A DNA stretch of 16,076 nucleotides from Candidatus Limnocylindrus sp. (GCA_040397175.1 JBBAWM010000004.1:109773-125848); one strand, 5' to 3'; positions 1 through 9,704 are shown, counted from the stretch's first letter. The notes: a model not told the origin generated them from the letters alone. Numbers and translations are program-made.

Positions 1-794
1 GCATCGTCGCCACCGTTCTGCCACTCGGCGATCATGCGCAGTCGCGCGCCACGCGTCGCCGCATCGGCAATCGCCGCAGGGGTAACGCCAGTAATGCCGG
101 GGGCATCATCGAACTGCACATGCGAGAGTGCAGGCCAAGCGCCCGCAGCGAGTCGCGCCAACACTACTAACTTAGCGGCAGCATCTTCGCCCTCAACGTC
201 GCTCTTTGGATTCGCCTCGGCGTAACCGATCTTCTGCGCCTCGGCGAGCGCCTGATCGTACGACCAGCCCTCGCTCTCCATCTTGGTAAGGATGTAGTTG
301 GTAGTGCCATTGATGATGCCGCGAATCGAGGTGATCTCATTCGCCGACATGTCACCAGCCAACACGCCAATCACCGGCACACCGGCGGCAACGGCAGATT
401 CAAAGCGCAGTGCCGTATCGGTTGATCGCGCCAACGATTCGAGTCGCGCGCCAAACGTTGCCAGGAGCAGCTTGTTCGCGGTGACGACCGGTCGGCCAGC
501 TTTGAGCGCCGCTTCAACAATCGGCATGGCCGGATCAAGCCCGCCCATGAGCTCGACAACCACATCAACGTCATCAGAGGCGGCAAGCGCCGCAGGGTCA
601 GTGGTTAGTGGTGCAATGCGATCGAGACCGGCCGCCTGTGCCTTCGCCAGGTCGCGCACCGCAATCCCCGCGATGCCGATCCCCCACTCCTCGGCTCGGC
701 TAGCCAACCCGCGCGCAACCGCCGCCCCGACCGTGCCTCCGCCAAGGAGCCCGATCGTGAGTCGCTCGCCCTGCCAGCCCGTCTGCTCTGCCAT
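1..794 (-). CDS. hom: Homoserine dehydrogenase (5' part; runs off the left edge of the window)
   Basis: Not in the ORF track because no stop is in the window. Hand translation from ATG at 794 gives MAEQTGWQGERLTIGLLGGGTVG (Rossmann GxGxxG), DVVVELMGG, VVTANK, FESAVAAGVPVI, GIINGTTNYILTKM and GYAEANPKSDVEGEDAAAK, all characteristic HSDH motifs. Confidence 0.96.
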   Translation of the reverse strand, partial: MAEQTGWQGERLTIGLLGGGTVGAAVARGLASRAEEWGIGIAGIAVRDLAKAQAAGLDRIAPLTTDPAALAASDDVDVVVELMGGLDPAMPIVEAALKAGRPVVTANKLLLATFGARLESLARSTDTALRFESAVAAGVPVIGVLAGDMSANEITSIRGIINGTTNYILTKMESEGWSYDQALAEAQKIGYAEANPKSDVEGEDAAAKLVVLARLAAGAWPALSHVQFDDAPGITGVTPAAIADAATRGARLRMIAEWQNGGDD

Positions 795-800
795 GGGGTA

Positions 801-806
801 AGGGTA
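801..806 (-). promoter_or_regulatory. Putative -10 box (TACCCT) 6 nt upstream of the hom ATG; leaderless-type promoter
   Basis: Minus strand reads CGC-TACCCT-TACCCC-ATG with no SD. The same geometry occurs at three other gene starts in the window. Confidence 0.6.
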
Positions 807-832
807 GCGGAGGGAGGTGTGACTGAGCCTGG

Positions 833-3800
833 CTACTCCTCGGCGCTCTTCTTCTTGCGGGAACGCTTCTTCGGCTCAGTAGCTAGGCTTCCGCGCTTCG
901 TTTTTCGGCGCTTGTTTGACCCTTTCACAGCCTCTTCACCGTCAGCGGCAACATCATCGGCCTTTGGCTTTCGACGTGACCGGCGCTTTGGCTTCTCATC
1001 GAGCTCCTCATCAAGGGCTGGTTCAGGCGTCTCAGCCGGCACGCGCCCAAGGAATCGGTTGATGAATCGTCGGAACAGGCCCGGGCGCTCCTTAAGGCTG
1101 GTGTCCGGTCGCGCCTCTATCTCACGAGCCTGTTCAGGCTCGCCCTCCAGAGGAGAGAGCCCCTCGACAGCTACTGCCACATCCCCATCAGTACCTTCAG
1201 GTAGACCCTCGACTTCAGGCACCACTTCAGGCTCTGGCTCGGGTTCTGGTTCTGGCTTCACCGCTGGGCCACCGATGAGATCGTCATCGTTTTCAGGAAT
1301 TGGATAGGCGCTCCGCTCAATGGCCTCAATCGTGCCGAACGAATTGAGCACCTCAGCAACCACTCCGGCGCGAGGTACAAACCGGCGCAGCTCTCGAGAC
1401 GTAGCATCACTCTTCGCCTGCGCCGCCTCGGTAGGGTCGCCATATGACCATGAAGATTCAATCATCGGAATGATGCGAATGGAGCCCGCTGCGTTGAACG
1501 ACTCCGTAGCCACAAGGCCGTCAATGCGTAGCTCCTCTGCTGCACCATGCGGCGCGAAGCGAATGATTGGCGGCTCCGTCTCGCGCGTGTCGAGCAGGTT
1601 GAACTCTTCCGGAGCAATGAACTGAATCACCCGTTCGCTTCCAGCCTGTTCATCGCGGCCAAACACTTGGCTGTACAGGGTGCTTACGACTGACTCAGAC
1701 CCCCAGGCATCGCGAAGATCTTGGCGCAGCTGATTAATGGCGCGCGCGTGGCCGTCATCCTCATCCGATGCTGGGGCGGACTCACGGACCGAGCGGTGAA
1801 GCAAATCTGAAGCGGCAAGATTTGAAAGATACTTCTGCATCGACTCGTCAGCATTCCTCATGACCGCAGACGGGAGCTCACTACGCGCAGGACCCCGCAT
1901 ACGCTCCCACTGCAGATCCATGGCGCGACCACCAATCAGCGCGACGTCTGACGCAAAGAGGTTGAGCCCGCTGAGGTACCCAGCGTATTCTCCGCCGCGG
2001 CCTACATGGTCGAGAGTAGTCTCAAATGCAGGGCTATGGAACTCTTCGAGCGCTGTCGTACCAGTCGCACCACTCGTGAGATAGCTTTGAATCTCACGCA
2101 ACCGTTGCGCTGAAGCCTCGCTCCAATTCTTCACGGTATCAGTTGCGATGGCGAAGATTTCTGACGCGTGGAACCTGAACGACGCGTGGTGCCAATCGTT
2201 ATAGATAATGCTCGCCCAGGCAGCCCACAGTGGATTACCCCCGAGCGCAGTCTTCTCTGTTGGGAGCGATGCCAAGGCAGTGAAGCCATCGCGCGAGAGA
2301 GTTTCGTTCCACTTGTTGCGCCCACGGGTCAATACGATGAGGCTCAGGAGCATCAAGACGCTCGCGAATCCAAGGCCTTGCAGCGCGTAGTGACCCAGGT
2401 GTTGGCCTTGTGGCGAGAACCAGAGGACGCGATCCAGCGCCTCGGCGCTCACGCGGCAGAGCTCACCTGGAACACCGCGGAGTGATACGTCGGGGCAGCG
2501 GTCGAGCGGTGGAACCTTGTGGGCCCACAGCGTTCGGCCCAGAATTTCAGTGGCCATCAAGCCAAGCACTTTCAGGAGGCCAAAGAAGATCGTGACCTCG
2601 AGCAGTCGGCGGAACAGGGTTGCGACCGCACTGCCGATCCACGAAGCTGCGCCGCCAATGAGCGTGCGAATCAGGAGCGCGAGTCCAACAACTGCAAGAG
2701 CTCCCATAAGGAACGGCGCTGTTTCAACGTACAGCCATTCGAGGATCGTTGGCACAGGCTCATCAAGCCAGCCCCTGAGCCAATTCACCTTTAGTGCTGG
2801 CCAGCCAGCATCAATGACGTTCGTAATCACCTGGGCTGTGATGAGGAGTGCCGCAGCAGAAACTCCGATGCCTACCGCTAACTTAACGATGCTTGCAAAC
2901 CGCTTGCGTGGCCCAGTGACCACCAGTGTTTCCAAGATCGCCGAGAAGAAACCTCGCCCAGCGTTCTGGGCCCATCCCCCGAACGTTCCCGCTACGGCCG
3001 ATCCTGGCGTGTAACTGTCTTGCTCCTTCTCAATTGTGACCAGCGCGCGATCAATGCCGAGGCCGTCAAGGTGCTGCGCGAGGTGTTTGCGCGCCTCCTG
3101 TGGCGAGCGTGGCCGGCTTCGGCGCGCCTTGTCACGCAGGTTGAGCGCCGCAAGCCGCGGTGCGCGAAGCAGTCGGATTTCACCAAACGCGCCAGCTACT
3201 TCATCGCGAAGCAGTTCAACCACGTCGTACTTTTCGGGGAGTAGGGTCATGACTTCAACGCCAGCCTTGCGAGCAGCGTCGACCTGGGCGATGTTCACGC
3301 CGTCACTGAAGTCAGCCTTGTCCAAGATGGCGTCCTGCAGGTTGCGGGCCTCACGAATCTGGCGGGCTGCGTCTAGCGCCGTCGTCATGCGGACGTGCCA
3401 CGGGCGAAGTAGGGCGGTCACCCAACGAGACCACATAAACGGGAGCCAGCCTCTCGGCTTCGGGCCGATCAGCCCCTTGAAGGCCGAGTGCGCCGTCTCG
3501 GCCGCGGCATACGATTGTTCGTAAACGAGTCGAGCGTCACTTGGCTTATCAGGAATAACCGGCTCATAGTTCGGCTCGCCACCTTTGACGATTGACGGTG
3601 GGAAATCGGTCCCAGCAAGTTCTGGGGACAACTCTGGGTAAACAGTGCTCCCTGCGATCGTCTCTAGTTGATGCCCCTCAAGGAGTTCGGCAAGTCGCCC
3701 AGCTTGGTCGGCGGTTGCCTGTTGTGAATACCCGCCCAACACACCGCGATACAAGCCAACGCTGCTAACGGCACGCCACGAGTCGCCGCCCGATGCCTGC

Positions 3801-4300
3801 CAGGTTGCCTGAAAGACTGCGTGTTCTCGGAGGGCCTCCACGACAGCGCGGATTGACTCTTCGCGGAGCTCCTCATCGGTACGTCGATCAGAGAGGCGTG
3901 GCACACCAAGTGCAGTACCACCAACACCAGCCCCGTATGGCGAACCAAGTGGGTCACGAATTACGAGTACGCCTACATGCGGGTCACGGCCAGCGAGCAC
4001 CTTCGGGATCTTGAGCTTGAGCGGCGACGGCGCCACCACCGCATCCAGCACCACCAGTACGCGAGGCAGCAGTGCGCTCTCCACGGCAATCCGCAGCGCT
4101 TCGAGCTCACGTCGACCTGGTGCAGCGTCCAGCACCAGAACTAGGCCAAGGGCCTGCGCGCCACTGAAGGTGGTGTTGCGGACCGCCATCCAGCGGCGCA
4201 GCGACCCGCTATTAATCAGTTCGTGCGCATCACCACCAACGTCAACCTGCCGTAGGTCCGCGACTTCGACATCCGTGATCGGGCCTTGAGCCTCGAGCAC
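833..4300 (-). CDS. Large polytopic membrane protein of unknown function, third gene of the vWA/tubulin-like operon
   Basis: 1155-aa ORF with a GTG start 2 nt after the stop of the tubulin-like gene. A central cluster of about 4-5 hydrophobic helices (e.g. IVKLAVGIGVSAAALLITAQVI, FLMGALAVVGLALLIRTLIGG, LLEVTIFFGLLKVLGLMA, LGFASVLMLLSLIVLT) lies between large soluble regions. It ends in a PE-repeat/acidic segment and a Lys/Arg-rich tail. Confidence 0.85.
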   Translation of the reverse strand: MLEAQGPITDVEVADLRQVDVGGDAHELINSGSLRRWMAVRNTTFSGAQALGLVLVLDAAPGRRELEALRIAVESALLPRVLVVLDAVVAPSPLKLKIPKVLAGRDPHVGVLVIRDPLGSPYGAGVGGTALGVPRLSDRRTDEELREESIRAVVEALREHAVFQATWQASGGDSWRAVSSVGLYRGVLGGYSQQATADQAGRLAELLEGHQLETIAGSTVYPELSPELAGTDFPPSIVKGGEPNYEPVIPDKPSDARLVYEQSYAAAETAHSAFKGLIGPKPRGWLPFMWSRWVTALLRPWHVRMTTALDAARQIREARNLQDAILDKADFSDGVNIAQVDAARKAGVEVMTLLPEKYDVVELLRDEVAGAFGEIRLLRAPRLAALNLRDKARRSRPRSPQEARKHLAQHLDGLGIDRALVTIEKEQDSYTPGSAVAGTFGGWAQNAGRGFFSAILETLVVTGPRKRFASIVKLAVGIGVSAAALLITAQVITNVIDAGWPALKVNWLRGWLDEPVPTILEWLYVETAPFLMGALAVVGLALLIRTLIGGAASWIGSAVATLFRRLLEVTIFFGLLKVLGLMATEILGRTLWAHKVPPLDRCPDVSLRGVPGELCRVSAEALDRVLWFSPQGQHLGHYALQGLGFASVLMLLSLIVLTRGRNKWNETLSRDGFTALASLPTEKTALGGNPLWAAWASIIYNDWHHASFRFHASEIFAIATDTVKNWSEASAQRLREIQSYLTSGATGTTALEEFHSPAFETTLDHVGRGGEYAGYLSGLNLFASDVALIGGRAMDLQWERMRGPARSELPSAVMRNADESMQKYLSNLAASDLLHRSVRESAPASDEDDGHARAINQLRQDLRDAWGSESVVSTLYSQVFGRDEQAGSERVIQFIAPEEFNLLDTRETEPPIIRFAPHGAAEELRIDGLVATESFNAAGSIRIIPMIESSWSYGDPTEAAQAKSDATSRELRRFVPRAGVVAEVLNSFGTIEAIERSAYPIPENDDDLIGGPAVKPEPEPEPEPEVVPEVEGLPEGTDGDVAVAVEGLSPLEGEPEQAREIEARPDTSLKERPGLFRRFINRFLGRVPAETPEPALDEELDEKPKRRSRRKPKADDVAADGEEAVKGSNKRRKTKRGSLATEPKKRSRKKKSAEE
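1228..1257 (-). repeat. Low-complexity Pro-Glu repeat (PEPEPEPEPE) in the membrane protein tail
   Basis: Imperfect 6-bp periodicity (tcaggc tctggc tcgggt tctggt tctggc on +) with synonymous variation. Confidence 0.7.
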
Positions 4301-4302
4301 GC

Positions 4303-7300
4303 TTAACGCTTCCCTGTCTCGGCCTGCTCCCAGAACTGCGCCAGGTTCTTGCGCTTCGCACTGTCTGGCGTCTTCGGGTGCTTCTGCATGAAGGCCTTTG
4401 CAATCTCATCCGAATAGAATTGCTTGGCATGCTGTGCCTGGCCAATCGGTCCTGGCATATCGATGCGCTCCGCCTCGGCAATCGCATCGGCTACACGGCT
4501 CTCGGCTTTTGCCACCTCGTCAACAATCTGGCGGAACACTGCAGACGGCTTCTTACCACCGTCAGCGTCGGAGAATCCTTGTGCGAGGTAGCTGGACACC
4601 TTGGTGGCCACGATTTCGGCATCAACTGACTGGCTATCGCAGTACAGATCCAAGATCTCCCGCGAATAGTTCTCCATAAACGTCGAGATGCCGCTCAGCT
4701 TGCCAACACGGTCAAGCTTGATTACCAACTCTTCGGTTTCACCCTTGGCGCTACGCATTTTTGGCGTAGGGATGCCAAGCGCAGCAATATCGGTGAGCTT
4801 TACATTTCTTGGGTCTGCAGTCTGCAGAGTTCCGCGATCTGAAATGTAGTAGCGCACGTGGTCATCCCAGATCATGTGCAGCAGGCTCTGGAGCACAGGC
4901 AGTTGGTCGCGTACGGCAGAGAGGCGCGCCAGCTCTGCAACGCTCGTGCGCTGACGCCACTTCAGCATCTGGCCGCCCGTGTGGTACGCGGTATCCCATG
5001 AGCGCAGCGCGTTTCGTGCCTCTGGAATGTCCATAAGCCCGCGTAGTGCGAGGGCGATGCTAATGGTGATCGCGTCCGAGGTGCTCGACGCATGGAACTT
5101 GACCTCGGAACGAGCCAAGATGGTCGCGAGGCTCGCGTTGCTGTGCAGTCGGTCTTCAAGGTACTTCTCCACGTCGCCGTTATGGCGCCCTGGATAGGTC
5201 ACAACGATGAAGGCCTTCTTGCAGTCACGAGCATCCGGTACGAGTCCGTCGGGGATGAGCTCTGAGAGGGCCTTCCCCATCTCGCGCACATCCTCCTCTG
5301 CACCCTCCATGGTGCGCGTGGCAACGACGCCTGCCGCAACACGAAGTACATCTTCAACCTTCGTTAGTAGGGCTGGTCGCCCCTCCGCCGAGGATTCAAG
5401 TGCGTCATCAAAGAGGCGCTGGAGCGCGTCGATGGTGTGGTGCACGATGGTGTCGGGCTTATCGGCGCCCTTCTCCCAGACCTGACCGACCTGGCGCTGT
5501 GCTGCGCCGCTGAAGGCCTTCCATGCTCCACCAGTTTCAAGGCTGAACGAGCCACTATTCATGGCCACTGCGAATACGTCGCTCAGCAGCGTGGTCGCCT
5601 TCTCCAACTTGTTTCCGTTCCCACGCGTGGTCAAACGTGACGGAACCCAGTCACGGAAGCCAGCATTGTTTGAGCCAGCGGTGAGGGAGCCCCAACCACC
5701 TTCAATTTGCGCCTTACGATCGCGGAGCGCCAAGACGCCGGAGACGGCCTCTTCTTGCCAGCGTCGCAGGGACTCAATGGTGGAGATCAACTCCTGCTGT
5801 CGAAGCTGTGACTTTTGAAATGCCTTAACTACTACTGCTCGGTAAAGATCAAAGAAGTAGCCGCGGACCTTCTTGGCGTCACGCTTCGCAACATCTGCGC
5901 TAATTCCGCCCATGAGCTTGCCAATGCGCCCGGACTTTGTCGCGGTCGGGGTGGAAACATAAGAGGCTGGCTGCTCCATACGCGTGCGCACATTGCGCTC
6001 GATCATGATGCGCAGGACGGCAACCGCTTCAAGGAGTCCGAGGCGGCCTTCGCCACCCTCCTCCTGATAGCGCTTCATCGCCTCGACCCAGCCAATAGAG
6101 ATGGCGTTGATCGACTCTTGAATCAATCGCTCCGCTGAGGCTTCGACCTCGCTCGCCACTGATTGATCGGTAGCCTTGTTGAGCGCGATGCCAACAAAGT
6201 CTGACCACGGCTTGCTGGAACGGTTCTTCGGATCAATCTTGCGCGTGAGCGCGTTGTAGGCGTCTTCGAGCGGCTCCATGCCGGTCAGCCACTGCGCACC
6301 CTCATGCTTGTTCGGATTAAGAACGGTGAGGAGTGCCTGCACCTTATCGGCATTGCGCATCTTTGCCGTGATGTCCAGGAGCACCTGCTCTTTCTCTGCA
6401 TCGGGTACGTCGCTGTCTACGTATTGCGAGAACCCTTCCGGATGGCTGCGGAGCTGCTCATGCAGGCTCTCGGCGGCCTTGAGGGCCATGTATTGCGCCA
6501 AGAAGAATGAGAGCCTCTTCACTGGCACGGAGAGTGAGGCGGTTGCCGCCTCAATCGTGCTCAAGCGGCCAATCCCGGTTGGGTGCAAGGTGCGCAGCGA
6601 TTCGGCATCGTTCTTCGATCGCAGGTTGATGATGTCCTGGAAGAAGGCGAAGCGGTCGACGCTCTCCGGTGAGGCCGATCCGGTCATATCACCTGAGGCA
6701 TCCGCCTTTACCGCCGTGTCCGCTTCGGAGACGAGCGTCGTGGCGTACACCGCCATGCTGCGCCAAAGATCCTTCGCCTCCTGGTAGGCGGCTGGGCGCG
6801 AGAAGAGGAACGTCGTGGCGAGTGGTGCCGCAGCGCCGCCTGCCGTGATGTCGTACTCGACTTTCTCGGTTCCTGGGTACTGCTGGCGGAACCAGCGCTC
6901 GCGCGCGGTGTCGCTGCTGTTGGAGTGGTCAACAAGCTCGCTCAAATCGAGGATGCCGCGCGCAAAGTTGAGGTTGAGCATGCGCATCTGCTCGCCGCTC
7001 GCAGAGTCCTTAAAGGCGCTCGGCGCAGCGATCAGCGGGATCACGAACACTTCCGTGCCCGGGAACGCCTGCTGTGCCATGACCGTGGCGATCTTCACCA
7101 CATCAAGGAAGAGGCCTGAGCCGGTTCCACCTGAGAGCGACGTGGTAACGAAGATCACGACCCACGAGTGGCCCGACTTCTTGCCCGCGCCAACAACGTC
7201 GGTGTAGGCATCAAGGTCACCTTGTGAGTTAGCAAGGCGCGCGAACGCCTCCTGCATTGGACGGAAGACGCCATCAATGCCTACATCGGAGAGGCGGTCA

Positions 7301-7740
7301 AAGAGTGCAGCGCGCCCAACCGTTGGGAACTGCGCGGCACCTGTGCTCATTGGTGCATGCGTTGGCTCGCCATCTGATCCTGGCAACCAGTCCTTAACGA
7401 GATCCTTATGTTCTGCGCGCAGCTTCGCCGCAATGTGCTGGTAGGCCGCAGCCGACGAAAGCGTTGCGACAAACGACGTCGTGCGGTCAATAGCGGTTGA
7501 GTCGAGATCGCGCAAGAAATCGCGAACGCCCGCCATCTCCTGCTGCGAATAGTCGATGTACACAGACTGGAAGAACGGAGGCAGCTGATCACGTTTATAG
7601 CTGGAGAACTTGCCCTTGCCTACGAGGGCCCGGCCGTCTGCACCGCAGATCTGGCGGCGCAGAAGTTGCTCAAGCTCGGTACCAACCTTGAGCCCAGTGC
7701 CGCCGAGGCCGATGTACATGAAGCGATGCTTGTAGCTCAT
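4303..7740 (-). CDS. Tubulin/FtsZ-superfamily GTPase-domain protein (Tubulin_2 / FtsZl1-like) with a long C-terminal extension
   Basis: N-terminal FMYIGLGGTG (T1 loop), VYID, GAAQFPTVGRAALF (T3-like) and the signature SLSGGTGSGLFLD (7114-7134 encodes SGGTGSG). At 1145 aa it is far longer than FtsZ. Its ATG overlaps the upstream stop (ATGA). Confidence 0.9.
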   Translation of the reverse strand: MSYKHRFMYIGLGGTGLKVGTELEQLLRRQICGADGRALVGKGKFSSYKRDQLPPFFQSVYIDYSQQEMAGVRDFLRDLDSTAIDRTTSFVATLSSAAAYQHIAAKLRAEHKDLVKDWLPGSDGEPTHAPMSTGAAQFPTVGRAALFDRLSDVGIDGVFRPMQEAFARLANSQGDLDAYTDVVGAGKKSGHSWVVIFVTTSLSGGTGSGLFLDVVKIATVMAQQAFPGTEVFVIPLIAAPSAFKDSASGEQMRMLNLNFARGILDLSELVDHSNSSDTARERWFRQQYPGTEKVEYDITAGGAAAPLATTFLFSRPAAYQEAKDLWRSMAVYATTLVSEADTAVKADASGDMTGSASPESVDRFAFFQDIINLRSKNDAESLRTLHPTGIGRLSTIEAATASLSVPVKRLSFFLAQYMALKAAESLHEQLRSHPEGFSQYVDSDVPDAEKEQVLLDITAKMRNADKVQALLTVLNPNKHEGAQWLTGMEPLEDAYNALTRKIDPKNRSSKPWSDFVGIALNKATDQSVASEVEASAERLIQESINAISIGWVEAMKRYQEEGGEGRLGLLEAVAVLRIMIERNVRTRMEQPASYVSTPTATKSGRIGKLMGGISADVAKRDAKKVRGYFFDLYRAVVVKAFQKSQLRQQELISTIESLRRWQEEAVSGVLALRDRKAQIEGGWGSLTAGSNNAGFRDWVPSRLTTRGNGNKLEKATTLLSDVFAVAMNSGSFSLETGGAWKAFSGAAQRQVGQVWEKGADKPDTIVHHTIDALQRLFDDALESSAEGRPALLTKVEDVLRVAAGVVATRTMEGAEEDVREMGKALSELIPDGLVPDARDCKKAFIVVTYPGRHNGDVEKYLEDRLHSNASLATILARSEVKFHASSTSDAITISIALALRGLMDIPEARNALRSWDTAYHTGGQMLKWRQRTSVAELARLSAVRDQLPVLQSLLHMIWDDHVRYYISDRGTLQTADPRNVKLTDIAALGIPTPKMRSAKGETEELVIKLDRVGKLSGISTFMENYSREILDLYCDSQSVDAEIVATKVSSYLAQGFSDADGGKKPSAVFRQIVDEVAKAESRVADAIAEAERIDMPGPIGQAQHAKQFYSDEIAKAFMQKHPKTPDSAKRKNLAQFWEQAETGKR

Positions 7741-9698
7741 TCTGGATCCTCCAACTCTTTGCTAATCAACTCACCCATCTTTGTGCCCTCTTCTGGTGTG
7801 TATCGAACCGTGTTTGTCTCCGAGCCCCCAACGAGCGGGACGCGCTTGAACTCAATGAACCCGCGGCCGCGTTCACTCTTCACGGTCCCCTCAGACCATT
7901 CGCCTGCTTCACCCTCTGCTGGCTCAAGGGACACGTTCGTGCCGCCCCTCCAACGTAGTCGCCAGTTCTTCCCGTCTTCGCCCTTACCTGGCTCGATCTT
8001 TCCGCGGTCACCAACGTTGAACCAGCTCGGGCTGCCACCGCTGATGGAACTGCTTGCCACACTGCGGGAACCTGTGCCGTCGAGGATTGCGAGGTCGCCA
8101 GCCAGATCGATGCGCTGACCATCAATAAGGCGCTTTGCGAAGAGCAGTGCGACCAGCGCAATAAGTCCAGCAAGGAGCAGCCAATACTTCTGCAGCAAAC
8201 TGCGCTCGAAAAGTGGCGCACAAGGAACGCCTTTTAACGTTGCGCTGACCGGTCGGCGCGCCGGATACGACGATGCGTCACCTTTTCGAAGTAGAACAGA
8301 GTCATAGAGCAACGAGTAGGACTCGCCTTTTCCAGGCTGCGAAATGCTTTTAGTAAAATCTAATGCGATGCGCCAATCTCCACCGAGAGAAGCTAGCCTT
8401 GACGCCTGATCTTCAGTGAGCGCTAGGCCGTCTTCAAGTAATTGCTCAGGCTTGAGCTCAGGATCATCAGTCTCCCCTTTCGGGCTCACCCACACCACAC
8501 GTGGGTTGAAGGCGAGAAGGTCGGCGAATCCTGGTCGCAACGTGAGGGTTCCGCCACCGTCGGCCATTGGAGTGCACGCAGCAAGCTCCTGGTTCTCGGG
8601 AACAAACAGGGCATAGAGCGAGTTTTCATTAGGGACGAGTCCTGCGCCCCCAATCTCGCCGCCTGCGCAGCGCTCCCCGTCAACAAGTGGCGAGATCACG
8701 GGCTTATAGGTGAAAGACTTGAAAGTTTGGCCGTCGCCTCGCTCGCAACGCGCGGAGCTGAAGGTAATGGTCGAGCTGCTTGAACTCTTAAGCCCAATCA
8801 TCGCAATTTGCGCTGCGCCATTTGGCACTTGAATCGGGTTTTGCGTACGCCCAGAGCCGTCGACGGTAGTGGATCGTAACTGGAGCCCTGCTAGGTCCTC
8901 TGCGTACCAGACAAGCAGGTCTTCAGTTAGCCGCCATGGCGACGCGATAAAGTCAATCTCCGTGCTTGCAGGGCAGCTGCTCTGGCTCCAACTCTCATTG
9001 GCCGTATCATTCTGATTTTGCAGTTCTCGGAGCCATTGCATTGTGGCCGATGCCTTCGTTGATGCTCGGGTCTTCACGAAGATCGGGCAGACAGTGGCAC
9101 GCCCATCATTAAGTCGAGTTAGCGCAGATTTTAGGTCTGTGCAGGCCTTTGAGCCTTCCGAATCTGCACAATTAATATCTGCACCGCCTTGGTTGAATTC
9201 ACCGTCGCTCACCAGAAGTACAACATTGGTGCCGCTTACCGCTCCTAGTTGCTGAGCGGCAAGCGTCAGGGCTTTGTCAAAGTATGTATCGCCACCAACT
9301 GGCTTCGGAAGAATGTTCTCGAGCTTCGTGCGGCAACCTAGGTCTTGGCTCATTGCCTGCTCATTGCCCTTCGGATCATCGGGCCACTCGCACCACGCTT
9401 TTGCGTCTGAAGCGAATCCGACTGGAAGCACTTTCAGGGAATATCCTCGACCAAGATTTGGGAAGAACACAGCCGGCCAGATGGCGCGCTCAATTCCAAC
9501 TCTGCTGCCATTCCCCCCAGAGTTTGTTGCCGTAGAGCCGGAGCGATCAAAAAGTGCAACGACGTTCACTTGCGTGCTGTTACTCAGGTCATCAGGTTTA
9601 TTGTCGGTGGCGCTACCCCCACAGGCGCCCAGCCCCAGGGCGATCGCCAGTAGGGTCGATAAAGCGCGAGCAACACCAGGGTGGCGGGGCGATGTCAT
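7737..9698 (-). CDS. vWA (MIDAS) domain lipoprotein with a C-proximal transmembrane helix and a short C-terminal domain
   Basis: Signal peptide with lipobox LGAC (Cys26). MIDAS motif ALFDRSGS...GDTYFDKAL...LLVSDGE. TM helix YWLLLAGLIALVALLFAKR followed by a Gly/beta-rich domain of about 130 aa. Confidence 0.88.
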   Translation of the reverse strand: MTSPRHPGVARALSTLLAIALGLGACGGSATDNKPDDLSNSTQVNVVALFDRSGSTATNSGGNGSRVGIERAIWPAVFFPNLGRGYSLKVLPVGFASDAKAWCEWPDDPKGNEQAMSQDLGCRTKLENILPKPVGGDTYFDKALTLAAQQLGAVSGTNVVLLVSDGEFNQGGADINCADSEGSKACTDLKSALTRLNDGRATVCPIFVKTRASTKASATMQWLRELQNQNDTANESWSQSSCPASTEIDFIASPWRLTEDLLVWYAEDLAGLQLRSTTVDGSGRTQNPIQVPNGAAQIAMIGLKSSSSSTITFSSARCERGDGQTFKSFTYKPVISPLVDGERCAGGEIGGAGLVPNENSLYALFVPENQELAACTPMADGGGTLTLRPGFADLLAFNPRVVWVSPKGETDDPELKPEQLLEDGLALTEDQASRLASLGGDWRIALDFTKSISQPGKGESYSLLYDSVLLRKGDASSYPARRPVSATLKGVPCAPLFERSLLQKYWLLLAGLIALVALLFAKRLIDGQRIDLAGDLAILDGTGSRSVASSSISGGSPSWFNVGDRGKIEPGKGEDGKNWRLRWRGGTNVSLEPAEGEAGEWSEGTVKSERGRGFIEFKRVPLVGGSETNTVRYTPEEGTKMGELISKELEDPE

Positions 9699-9704
9699 TG
9701 CGCT

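Noticed and set aside
34-801. Plus-strand ORFs 34..225 and 298..801, and short minus-strand ORFs 167..370 and 371..586
   Set aside because: Antisense or out-of-frame shadows of hom, which has clear family motifs.
4303-7740. Calling the tubulin-like gene ftsZ
   Set aside because: About three times too long, lacks the FtsZ NTD and T7 motifs and the C-terminal core peptide, and is not in a dcw cluster.
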